The position numbers were made by a program, and so were the translations under genes. From Okamejei kenojei (lineage: Eukaryota): 34,388 nucleotides of DNA. Where the stretch lies: NCBI GenBank assembly GCA_035221665.1, contig JAVHYY010000485.1:62001-96388 (forward strand). The letters are read 5' to 3'. Positions 22,810-34,388 of this stretch are shown here, one piece after another. A model generated the notes under the pieces. It was not told the origin of the DNA. It made no database searches and worked only from the letters and a program-made list of their open reading frames with translations. The stretch's first letter is position 1; each line of letters opens with the position of its first letter.

Positions 22810-23920
22810 ATCAGAGTATATGATGTTTATGATAGTATATGATGTCGTTTCATGCTCTCGCGACTTTTTTACATTATGAATCCATTAATTATATTAATTA
22901 TTCCATAATGTCATAACATCAAGATTACATGATTCCTATTTAGTCATTTTGATCTATGATTCCAGAATGTCATGATTTTATAAGTTGTTAAGTTACTGGA
23001 GAGAATTCTGAGGGATAGGATATACAAGCATTTGGATGGACAAGGGCTGATTAGGGGCAGTCAGCATGGTTTTGTACGTGGGAGGTTAGGTAGGCTGGCT
23101 CTCTATTCCATGGAGCGCAGGAGGATGAGGGAAGATCTTATAGAGGCATATAAAGTCATGATAGGAATGGATCGGGTAGATGTACAGAGTATTTTACACA
23201 GTGTAGAGGAGTCGAAGACCAGAGGACATAGGTTCAAGATCAAGCGGAAAGGATTTAACAGGATATCGAATGGTAAATTCTTCGCACAGAGGGTGGTGGG
23301 TGTATAGAACAAGCCACCAGAGGAGGTTGTTGAGGCTGGGAATATTCCATCGTTTACGAAACAGTTGGACAGGTACATGGATAGGACAGGTATGGAGGGT
23401 TATGGACCAAGGGCAGGCAAGTGGAACTAGTGTAGCTGGGTCATTGTTGACCAGTGTGTGCGAGTTTGGCAGAAGGGCCTGTTTCCGCACTGTATCACTC
23501 TATGAGGATGAGTCTACAATATCTTCAATTTCATAATGTATCCATTCGTGGCACCATGATTTTAATGATTTTGTGGCTTTATCATTTCATGTTTCCATGA
23601 TATATCTGATATCAGAATTAATCAACTTCGCGATATCTTTGCTTTCAAGATTGTATAACTTTATTGTTCCGTGATATCCCTTATTTCAAGATTGCATAAT
23701 TTTATGACACCATGTTTCCAATTTCAACATTATATGACCATGATTTCGATGATTTTGTGACGTATTGACTGTGATTCCATGATGTTCATGATTTCAGAAT
23801 TGAATAATTTAGTAGTTCTAAGATACATCTAATTTCAGTTGTGTATAACTTTATAATTCCATGATATCTCTGATTTCAGGCCTGCATAACCACGATCCCG
23901 TGATTTCAAGATTATACGAA
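22810..23920. repeat. Degenerate AT-rich tandem repeat (catgat/gatttcaagatt units) split by a CR1 fragment at about 22995-23510
   Basis: Recurrent ccatgat and gatttcaagattg.ataa.ttat motifs on both sides of a plus-strand CR1 3' piece. Confidence 0.55.
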
Positions 23921-24272
23921 CCTAACTTTCATTGGATTTGAAATCATGTTTGAATATTAATTCGCTTTGCTGCGTTAGTTAGGTGCGTTTGCTCATGAAC
24001 TGTTACCTGTTTCACTCGGAAATCAATTTTCTTGTGATCCGGATAGTTAGTTTTCCGACGATGGACATCAAACTAAAATCTGTGCAGAGGCCTTTGAATT
24101 CACCAGAGATCTTGCAATCTGCATTGTTTATGTACATGGTCATATCTTAATCAATAAAGAGAGCGTTGCTGCAAATAAATCTCTCGTTTCTCATTTACTT
24201 ATGTCATAGTTGCATAAAACGGAAATAGTAGAAATTCAAGGGGCCTGAGCTACAGAAAGTTCATAAATTATG

Positions 24273-25090
24273 TAAGTGTGAAGTGCTACATCTTGGCAGG
24301 ACAAATCAAAATAGGACGTACATAGTAAATGGTAGGGAATTGAGGAATGCTGTGGAACAGAGGGATCTAGGAATAACTGTGCATAGTTCCTTGAAGGTGG
24401 AATCGCATGTAGATAGGGTGGTAAAGAAAGCCTTTGGTGTGCTGGCCTTTATAAATCAGAGCATTGAATATAGGAGTAGGGAAGTAATGTTAAAATTGTA
24501 CAAGGCATTGGTAAGACCAATTCTGGAGTATGGTGTACAATTTTGGTCGCCTAGTTATAGGAAGGATGTCAACAAAATAGAGAGAGTACAGAGGAGATTT
24601 ACTAGAATGTTGCCAGGGTTCCAGCAACTATGTTACAGAGAAAGGTTGAACAAGTTAGGTCTTTATTCATTGGAGCGCAGAAGGTTAAGGGGGGACTTGA
24701 TTGAGGTCTTTAAAATGATGAAAGGGATAGACAGAGTTGACGCGGGTAAGCTTTTCCCATTGAGGGTAGGGAAGATTCAAACAAGAGGGCATGATATGAG
24801 AATTAAGGGACAGAAGTTTAGGGGTAACGTGAGGGGGAACTTCTTTACTCAGAGGGTGGTGGCTGTGTGGAATGAGCTTCCAGCAGAGGTGGTGGAGGCA
24901 GGATCGATTTTAACATTTAAAAGTAAAGTGGATAGGTATATGGACGTGAAGGGAATGGAGGGGTATGGTCTGAGTGCAGGTAGATGGGACTAGGGGAAAA
25001 CAAATGGTCGGCACGGACTGGAAGGGCCGAGAGGGCCTGTTTCCGTGCTGTAATTGTTATATGGTAATATGGTTATATGGTTATATATGG
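24273..25090 (+). mobile_element. Young CR1 LINE, 5'-truncated 3' end
   Basis: Open ORF2 C-terminus (24283-24993), 3' UTR and (TTATATGG)n tail. Confidence 0.95.
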
Positions 25091-28000
25091 GACGTACACA
25101 TCTGCGCCAGGTGTGTCGAGATGGGGCTCCTAAAGGATCGTGTTAGGAACCTGGAGCAGCAGCTCGACGACCTCCGTCTGGGCAGGGAGAGTGAGGAGGT
25201 AATAGAGAGGAGCTACACGGAGGCAGTCACTCCCAGACCACAGGAGGCAGACAAGTGGGTCACGGTTAGGAAGGGCAAGGGGCAGAGGCAGGGGCTAGAG
25301 AGTACCCCTGTGACCGTTCAACTGGAAAATAGGTACTCAGGTTTGAGTACGATTGGAGGAGACAGCCTAGCTGGGGGCAACAACAGCAGCCGGGCCTCCG
25401 GCACAGAGACCGGCCCTGATGCTCAGAAGGGTAGCAAAAAGAGGAGGGCAATTGTAATAGGGGACTCTATAGTTAGGGGGTCGGATAGGCGATTCTGTGG
25501 ACGCAGTCGGGAGACCCGGATGGTAGTTTGCCTCCCTGGTGCCAGGGTCTCGCATGTGTCAGAACGTGTCGAAAAGATTCTGATACGGGAGGGAGAGGAG
25601 CCTGATGTTGTGGTACACATAGGTACCAATGACATAGGCAGAAAAAGTGACGAGGTCCTGAAGGGAGAATTTAGGGAGTTGGGGGGAAATTTAAAGAGAA
25701 GGACCAAAAGGGTAACGATTTCAGGATTACTGCCTGTGCCGCGTGACAGTGAGAGTAGGAATGAAATGAGGTGGAGGCTAAATGCGTGGCTGAGGGACTG
25801 GTACAGTGGGCAGCGATTCAAGTTTCTTGATCACTGGGACCTCTTTTGGGGAAGGCATGATCTGTACGCAGAGGACGGGTTGCACTTGAACCCGAAGGGG
25901 ACCAATATCCTGGCAGGGAGATTTGCAAAGGCTACTGGGGAGATTTTAAACTAGAAAGGCTGGGGGGAGGGACTCGGGTAGAGGGGGCTAGGGGACAGGG
26001 TGTTGGGCAAGAGGCAGAGAAGGGAAGCACTCGGACCCAAAATGTAGGCGAGAAAGATGAAAAAGATAATAGACAGAGAATAAAGGATGGTGGGTTTATA
26101 AAATGTGCATATTTTTAATGCTAGGAGCATTGTAAGTAAGGTGGATTAACTTAGAGCCTGGATTGACACCTGGAAATATGATGTTGTGGCAATCAGTGAA
26201 ACATGGTTGCAGGAGGGCTGTGATTGGAAACTAAATATTCCAGGATATCGTTGCTTCCGGGGTGATAGAATTGGAGGGACCAGAGGTGGAGGTGTTGCAT
26301 TGCTTGTCAGAGAGGATATTACAGCAGTGCTTTGGCAGGATAGATTAGAGGGCTCGTCTAGGGAGGCTATTTGGGTGGAACTGAAAAGTGGGAACGGTGT
26401 AGCAACACTTTTAGGGGTGTACTATAGACCGCCAAATGGGGAGCGAGAATTGGAAGAGCAAATATGTAAGGAGATAGCAGATATTAGTAGTAAGCACAAG
26501 GTAGTGATTGTGGGAGATTTCAATTTCCCAAAAATAGACTGGGAAACACATTCTGTAAATTGGGCTGGATGGTTTGGAGTTTGTAAAATGTGTGCAGGAT
26601 AGTTTTTTGCAGCAGTACATTGAGGTACCGACCAGAGAAGGGGCAGTGCTGGACCTCCTGTTAGGAAATGAGGCAGGACAGGTGACGGAGGTATGCGTTG
26701 GTGAGCACTTCGGCACCAGTGATCACAATACCATTAGTTTCAATATAATTATGGAGCGAGTCAGAACAGGGACCTAGAGTGGAGATTTTTTGATTGGAGA
26801 AAGGCTAACTTTGAGGGAATGCGTGAGGATTTTAAAGGAGTGAATTGGGACACTTTGTTTCATGGGAAGGATGTAGAAGAGAAATGGAGGACATTTAAAG
26901 GGGAAATTGTAAGAGTACAGAATCTTTATGTCCCTGTTAGGTTGAAAGGAAATAGTAAAAAATTGGAAAGAGCCATGGTTTTCAAGGGAAATTAGACACT
27001 TGTTTCGAAAAAAGAAAGATATCTACAATAATTATAGGAGGCATGGAGTAAATGAGGTGCTAGAGGAGTATAAAGAATGTAAAAAAGAATCTTAAGAAAG
27101 AAATTAGGAAGGCTAAAAGAAGATATGAGGTTGCTTTGGCAAGAAATGTGAAAGTAAATCCAAAGGGTTTCTACAGCTATATTAATAGCAAAAGGATAAC
27201 GAGGGATAAAATTGGCCCATTAGAGAACCAGAATGGACAGCTATCTGCAGAGCCAAAAGAGATGGGGGAGATATTGAACAATTTCTTTTCTTCGGTATTC
27301 ACCAAGGAGAAGGATCTGGAACTCTGTGAGGTAAGGGAAAAAAGTAGAGTAGCTATGGAAACTATGAGATTCAAAGAGGAGGAAGTACTGACACTTTGAA
27401 AAATATAAAGGTGGATAAGTCTCCAGGTCCTGACAGGATATTCCCTAGGACATTGAGGGAAGTTAGTGTAGAAATAGCAGGAGCTATGACAGAAATATTT
27501 CAAATGTCATTAGAAACGGGAATAGTGCCGGAGGATTGGCGTACTGCGCATGTTGTTTCCATTGTTTAAAAAGGGTTCAAAGAATAAACCTAGCAATTAT
27601 AGACCTATTAGTTTGACATCAGTGGTGGGCAAAATTAATGGAAAGGATACTTGGAGATAATATATATAAGCATCTGGATAAACAGGGTCTGATCAGGAAC
27701 AGTCAACATGGATTTGTGCCTGGAAGGTCATGTTTGACAAACCTTCTTGAATTTTTTTGAAGCGGTAACTAGGGAATTGATGAGGGTAAAGCAGTGGATG
27801 TTGTCTATATGGATTTCAGTAAGGCTTTTGACAAGGTTCCCCATGGAAGGTTGGTTCAGAAGGTTCAATCTTTGGTGTTAATGGCGGAGTAGCAAGATGG
27901 ATTCAACAGTGGCTGAATGGGAGATGTCAGAGAGTAATGGTGGATGGCTGTTTGTCAGGTTGGAAGCCGGTGACCAGTGGGGTGCCTCAGGGATCTGTGT

Positions 28001-29002
28001 TGGGGTCCACTGTTTGTTTGTCATGTACATCAATGATCTGGATGATGGGGTGGAAAATTCGATAAGTAAGTATGCAGATGATACTGAGATAGGTGGTATT
28101 GTGGATAATGAAGTAGATTCTCAAAGTCTACAGAGAGATTTGGGCCATTTGGAAAAGTGGGCTGAAAGATGGCAGATGGAGTTTAATTGCTGATAAGTGT
28201 GAAGTGCTACATCTTGGCAGGACAAATCAAAATAGGACGTACATGGTAAATGGTAGGGAATTGAGGAATGCTGTGGAACAGAGGGATCTAGGATAACTGT
28301 GCATAGTTCCCTGAAGGTGGAATCGCATGTAGATAGGGTGGTAAAGAAAGCCTTTGGTGGGGCTGGCCTTTATAAATCAGAGCATTGAATATAGGAGTAA
28401 GGAAGTAATGTTAAAATTGTACAGGGCATTGGTAAGACCAATTCTGGAGTATGGTGTACAATTTTGGTCGCCTAGTTATAGAAGGATGTCAACAAAAATA
28501 GAGAGAGTACAGAGGAGATTTACTAAGAATGTTGCCAGGGTTCCAGCAACTATGTTACAGAGAAAGGTTGAACAAGTTAGGTCTTTATTCTTTGGAGCGC
28601 AGAAGTTTAAGGGGTGACTTGATTGAGGTATTTAAAATGATGAAAGGGATAGACAGAGTTGACGTGGATAAGCTTTTCCCATTGAGGGCAGGGAAGATTC
28701 AAACAAGAGGGCATGACATGAGAATTAAGGGACAGAAGTTTAGGGGTAAACGTGAGGGGGACCTTCTTTACTCAGAGGGTGGTGGCTGTGTGGAATGAGC
28801 TTCCAGCAGAGGTGGTGGAGGCAGGATCGATTTTAACATTTAAAATTAAAGTGGATAGGTATATGGACGTGAAGGGAATGGAGGGGTATGGTCTGAATGC
28901 AGGTAGATGGGACTAGGGGAAAACAAATGGTCGGCACGGACTGGAAGGGCCGAGAGGGCCTGTCTCCGTGCTGTAATTGTTATATGGTTATATGGTTATA
29001 TG
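25091..29002 (+). mobile_element. Young near-full-length CR1 LINE (ORF1 esterase open to 25954; ORF2 frameshifted, ends 28916)
   Basis: ORF1 has HICARC, a coiled coil, GDSIVRG, VHIGTND and DGLHL; ORF2 has APE and RT motifs with many 1-nt indels; tail at 28980-29002. Confidence 0.95.
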
Positions 29003-32000
29003 AGCAGTATTAGTCAAGTCTTGAATCATGGCTGATCTACATTTCCCTCTCAGCTACATTGTCACGCCTTTACCCCATAACACCTGAATCCTGTACTAAT
29101 CAAAATGTTTTCAAACGCATACCTTTATCCATTGACCTGGCCTCCACAGCTCTCTGTGGCAATAAATCCCACGGATTCACCACCCTCTGGCTAAAGAAAT
29201 TCCTCCACATCTACATTCTAAATGAATATTATTTTATTCTTACTCTGTAGCTTGTGGTCCTAGAATCTCCCACGAATCATAAAAACATATCCACATCCAC
29301 TCTATCCAAAACTTATACTATTTTGTACGTTTCTATGCGGTCCCCCACACATCCTTCTAAACTGCAATGAGTATCATCAAATGCCAATGAATTCATCCAA
29401 TAATCCTTGGATCATTCTTGTAAACCTCTGCTGGACACGCTCCAATCTGGGTGAGGGAGAGGTTGAGCAGGCTAGGCATGTATACCTTGGAACACTGTAG
29501 AAGTTGTACATATGGATTCCAGCAAGGCATTTGACAAGGTTCCGCATGGTAGGCTGCCCAGGGTGGTTAGATGGCATGGGATCCAGTGAGAGAGAGTTGA
29601 ATGGATAGAAAATTGAGTTCATAGAAGCAAGCAGAAGGTGATGTTGAAATGTATTTTTTCGGACTGCAGGCCTGTGACTATTGGTGTGCCTCAGTGTTCG
29701 TTGCTGGGCCAATTGCTGTTTGTTATCATATGAATGATTTGGATGAGAACATACAAAGCATGTTTAAGGTCTTAAAGTAAGGAATAGGAGCAGAGTTTGG
29801 CAATTCAGCCCATCTAGTATACTCAATCATTGCTGATATATCTCTCCCTCCTCAACCCATTCTCCTGCCTTCTCTCCATAACCTCTGACATCTGTACTAA
29901 TCAAGAATCTACCTATGCGTGCCTTAAAAGTATCCACCTAGATGGCCTCTACAGCCTTCTGTGGCAGATAATTCCACAGATTCACAAACCTCTAATTAAA
30001 TAAATGTCTCAGCATCTCCTTCCTAAAATAACGTACTTTAATTCTGAGGCTATAGCATCTAGTTCTACACCCTCCCGCCAATGAAAACATCCTTTCCACT
30101 TCCACTATATCCAAACTGTTCATTATTCTTTATGTTTCAATGAGGTCCCCCCTCATTGTTCCAAATTCCAGCGAGTAACCATATAACCATATAACATATA
30201 ACAATTACAGCACGGAAACAGGCCCTCTCGGCCCTTCCAGTCCGTGCCGACCATTTGTTTTCCCCTAGTCCCATCTACCTACACTCAGACCATACCCCTC
30301 CATTCCCTTCACGTCCATATATCTATCCACTTTACTCTTAAATGTTAAAATCGATCCTGCCTCCACCACTTCTGCTGGAAGCTCATTCCACACAGCCACC
30401 ACCCAACAGGTGCAGTGCCGACACTGGTACAAGTACAGTGCCGACAAAAGCTCATCATAGGTTAACGTACGTATTCCTGGGATCATTCTTGTAATCCTCC
30501 TCTGGGCCCCCTCCTGAAACAGCACATCCTTCCTCAGATCTGGTGCCCAGATTTACTCACAATATTCCAAATGCGGCCTTACCAGCGCTTTATAGAGTCT
30601 TGACAATTCATTCATGTTGTTGCATTCTAGCCCTCTTGAAATACTTGCTAGTATTTAGTCTGCTTGCTTTACTCCCGATTATACTTGCCGATTAACATTT
30701 TGGAAATCCTACTCCTGCACTGCCAAATCCAATTTCTCCTCCGATTTCTGATTCCCACCCCCCATTTAGAAAATAGTCTAAACGCCTTTATTCCTATTAT
30801 TACCAAAATGCGATTACTCCACATTTTGCAGCACTATGTTCCATCCGCCACTTGTCTGCCACACTCCCAACCGTTCAATAATACCCTTCTGCAGAGTTCC
30901 TGTTTTCTCTACACTACCTGCCCCTCCACCTATTTGCGTATCAACCGCGAATTTTAACTCAAATTCTTCAATCCACTCGTCCAAATTATTAGTATACAAT
31001 GCGAAGAGTAGCGCCCCCCGCACCGACCATTGCGGAACTCCACCAGTCACTGGCAGTCAACCAGAAAAATACCCCATTATTGCCAGCTCTTTGTCTTCTG
31101 CCATCCAGCCAAGCCGATATCCATGTATACGCCCTTTGATACCGTGGGCTCTCATCTTCCAAAGCAGCATAATGTGCGGCACCGTATCAAAGGCTTAATA
31201 TAAGTAAATGCCATCTCCTTTGTCTGTCCTGCCATTTACTTCCTCAAAGAATTCCAGCCGATCTGTCAAGGAAGACCTCCCCTTTAAAAAGCCATGCTGA
31301 CCTCGGCCTATTCTATCGTGAACATATCAGTATTCTGAAACATCATTTTTAATGATCTTTAAAATCTTACCCAACCACTGAAGTCAGATTAACCGACCTC
31401 TAGTTCCCACTGATATGCCTTGCTAGATTTGTTACCATCTGACGCTCACCAATCCTATGGCTTCCCGTTACCTTTTGCACTGTTATACACTCTCTCTTTT
31501 ACGTTTATACTGTCCTTGACTTCCCTTGTTAGCCACGGGACGCGGTTGTCACCCCCACGAATCTTTCCTCCGCTTTGGAATGAAATGATCCTGCATTTTC
31601 CGGATTATTCCCTAAAATTCCTGGTCTACCGTTATCCCTGCTATGGTCCCATTCCAGTCAACATTGGCCAGCTTCTCCCTCTTGTCTCTGTTATTCCTGT
31701 TGCCAAGCTGCAATGCCGACACATCTAATTTCACCTTCTCCCTCTCAAATTGCATATTAAAACTTATCATGTTGCGATCGCTACCTCCTAATGGTTCGTT
31801 TAACTTGAGTTCCCTGATCAAATCCGGTTCATTACATAATCCTAAATGCAAAGTTACACTTTCCTTGGTAGGCTCCATCACAAACTGCTTTAAGAATCCA
31901 TTTCGTAGGCTATACATATTCCCTTTCTTGTAAACTAATACCAGCCTAATTTTCCCAATGTATCTGCATATTGAAATCTCCCATGACCACCGTAGCATTT

Positions 32001-32990
32001 CTCTATTTGCATGCCAATGTTATCTCCTGATGTACCCTATATCCTGGATACTGTTTTGCGAGCTGTAAATAACTCCCCTTAGGTCCTTTCAGCCATAATT
32101 TTTCAGCTCAAGCCACAAAAATTCTACATCATCTGATCCTATTTCACCCTCATCGCCACACCCTATGCCCACATTCCTGTCATTCCGATATGAAGTATAA
32201 CCCTGAATATTAAGCTCCCAGCTCTGGTACTCTTGTAGCCACGTCTTCTGAAATTGTTTGAAGATATAACTAGGAAAATGGTCAAGGGATAGGCAGTGGA
32301 TGTAGTGTACCTGGACATTCTGAACACATTTGCTAAGGTCCCACATAGGAGATTAGTGGGCAAAATTGGGGCACATGGTATTGGCGGTAGAGTGCTGACA
32401 TGGATAGATACATGGTTGGCAGACAGGAAAAAAAGAGTAGGAATGAACGGGTCCCTTTCCGAATGGCAGGCAGTGACTAACGGGGTACCGCAAGATTCGG
32501 TGCTGGGATCACAGCTATTTTCAATATATATCAATGATTTGGGATTCAAGGTAACATTAGCAAATTTGCAGATGAAACTAAACTGGGTGGCAGTGTGAAC
32601 TGTGAGGATGCTATGAGAATGCAGGGTGACTTGGACAGGTTGCGGGAGTGGGCAGATGCATGGCATCTGAAGTTGAATGCAGATAAATGTGAGGTTAACC
32701 AGTTTAGTGGCTAAAACAGGAAGGCAGATTACTATCTAAATGGCGTCAAGTTCGAAAAAGGGGAAGTAGAACGGGATCTGGGAGCCCTTGTTCATCAATG
32801 TATGAAAGCAAGCAGTGAAGAAAGCGAATGGCATAAGGCTCTTAAACATAGCGGAGTCAGGGGATATGGGGAGAATGCAGGAACGGGGTACTGATTGGGG
32901 ATGATCAGCTATGATCACATTAAATGGCGGTGCTGGCTCGAAGGGCAGAATGGCCTACTCCTGCACCTATTGTCTAGTGTCTATTGTCTA
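29003..32990. mobile_element. Mosaic of old CR1 fragments (mostly minus to about 32245, plus 32247-32990 with a (CTATTGT)n tail)
   Basis: GGVPQ/FAVDT, GSD and NGVPQDSVLG remnants in the ORF track; tail at about 32967-32990. Confidence 0.8.
30176..30403 (-). mobile_element. Young CR1 3'-end insertion nested in an older CR1
   Basis: (CCATATAA)n tail plus 3' UTR and ORF2 end (WNELPAEVVEAG...RWD). Confidence 0.9.
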
Positions 32991-33039
32991 TGTAATTCCC
33001 ACAACATCATGCCTAACAATCTCTAACTGTGCTAAAAGC

Positions 33040-33632
33040 TCATCCACTGAATATCTTATGGTACGCACATTCTAATACAACACTTTAATTCAGTAGTGAC
33101 CTGTGACACCACTTTCGGGGAACTATGCACCTGCACAGTTACATCCCACTGCTCCACAACACTCCCTGCCTACATGATACGCCACTTTCAGGGAACAATG
33201 TACCTGCATTCCTCGATCCCTCCGCTCAAAACAATCCCTGTCTTCCTGTGACACCAATTTAAGAATCAATATACCTGCACTCCTAGATCACTCAGCTCTG
33301 AAGCACTCACCATCTACCTTTGACGGTACTTTCAGTGAACTACTGTATGGACCTGCAGTTCTAGATGCCTCTGTTCTGCAACACTCCATGATTACGTGTG
33401 ACTCCGTATTCTAGGAACTATGACCTGCACCTCTAGATACCTCTGCTCGAGAGCACTCCATCTACACCTAATACACCACTTTCAGGGAATTATGCACCTG
33501 CACCCCAATATCCCTCTGCACTGCAATACCACCTGCCTACCTGTGACGCCCATTTCATGGAACTATTTACATTCACTCCAAGATCCCACTGCTCTTCAAC
33601 ACTCCCTGCCTATATGTGATACTACTTTCAGG
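33040..33632. repeat. Degenerate tandem repeat of about 73 bp, about 8 copies, derived from antisense CR1
   Basis: ccactttcagggaactatgcacctgcac..ctagatccctctgctc..caacactccc recurs at about 33109, 33182, 33255, 33327, 33404, 33476, 33550 and 33622. Confidence 0.8.
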
Positions 33633-33639
33633 AAAAGGA

Positions 33640-33970
33640 GGTAGGGTTGACGCGGAAAGTGGGAAAACATCACATGTTAGTTTCTGACTTGCATAGTTTT
33701 TGCTTCCGTTGCTTCCGTAAATACTAGTCAAACGGAAAAAAAACGGACAGAATCGAACGACGCAGGCGAGTCGAGAAAACAAGTAGCAGTGCCTGAGAGG
33801 AGTGCGGCAGAACTTGCGGATGTGGTTGAACAACATTGCTGTTCCACTACAACGTTCCTGTCAAAGTAGGTCACACCCTCCCGGCCCGGTTTGTGGTCGA
33901 ACAAGTTCCGACATTTGATCCTTAGGTTGCCTCGTAGGGGCAGGGTGTCGCTTGGTGCTAGGCACACTGT
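33640..33970. promoter_or_regulatory. Candidate TCR beta 3' enhancer (Ebeta-like) or neighbouring promoter
   Basis: Non-repetitive, CpG-containing island with CGGATGTGGTT (ETS-RUNX composite, 33817-33827), TGTGGTC (33892-33898), tandem GCTTCCG ETS cores (33702-33717), E-box CACATG (33671-33676) and a TGACG half-CRE (33648-33652). Confidence 0.45.
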
Positions 33971-33979
33971 TTTATTTGT

Positions 33980-34209
33980 CTTTCTCCTCACTCTCTCCCT
34001 CCCCTATCCCCCTCTCTCCTCTCTCGCTATCTCTCTCTCCCTACCGGTTTCTGGCCCCCACTCTCTCTCTCTCACGTCCCTATCTCTCCCCTCTCATCAT
34101 CTCTCTCACCCTCTCCTCTCTCATCTCTCTCTCTCTCTCTCTCTATCTATCTGTCTCTCTCTCTCTCCTCCCTCTCTCTCCTCCTCCTCTCTCTCACTCA
34201 CCGCTCTCC
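33980..34209 (+). repeat. CT-rich low-complexity tract
   Basis: Degenerate (CT)n running into the assembly gap. Confidence 0.9.
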
Positions 34210-34346
34210 NNNNNNNNNNNNNNNNNNNNNNNNNNNNNNNNNNNNNNNNNNNNNNNNNNNNNNNNNNNNNNNNNNNNNNNNNNNNNNNNNNNNNNNNNNN
34301 NNNNNNNNNNNNNNNNNNNNNNNNNNNNNNNNNNNNNNNNNNNNNA
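34210..34346. other. Assembly gap
   Basis: Run of N. Confidence 1.
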
Positions 34347-34388
34347 GTATCACCCCACCAAAACAAGCGGGGTGGTTTGGCATAATAC

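Noticed and set aside
24974-25090. N-terminus of the 326-aa ORF as a novel fusion protein
   Set aside because: Chance read-through of the upstream CR1 3' UTR and tail into a truncated ORF1.
26100-28916. ORF2 frameshifts as programmed recoding
   Set aside because: Numerous 1-nt indels, many in homopolymers; better explained by decay or sequencing error.
33040-33632. CRISPR-like periodic array
   Set aside because: Eukaryotic context; whole units are degenerate copies without unique spacers.
33960-33980. Possible RSS of an inverted downstream V gene (TRBV30-like)
   Set aside because: cacactgtttt is not a proper heptamer/nonamer pair and no V-domain ORF is adjacent.

Overview
Vertebrate genomic DNA, most likely a cartilaginous fish such as a skate or ray (inferred from the repeat content and the constant-domain sequence). 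The only host gene found is a four-exon T-cell receptor beta constant gene (TRBC, + strand): EX1 7656-8006, EX2 12953-12973, EX3 14631-14737 and EX4 20893-20919, about 168 aa spliced. No V, D or J segment was found. Most of the rest is retroelement debris: young and old CR1 LINEs, Penelope-like elements with minimal hammerhead ribozyme motifs, Rex/Babar fragments, V-SINE-like elements and tandem repeats. The main unexplained signals are: (1) a second, frameshifted copy of the transmembrane exon with an intact acceptor between EX1 and the hinge exon, which would encode a TM-less, Cys-less Cbeta; (2) an ETS-RUNX composite and motif cluster about 13 kb downstream of Cbeta resembling the mammalian Ebeta enhancer; (3) two Penelope-like insertions at the same position of a CR1 motif; (4) CR1 tail-to-head chimeras suggesting template jumping. 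All comparisons were made by eye and repeat boundaries are approximate.
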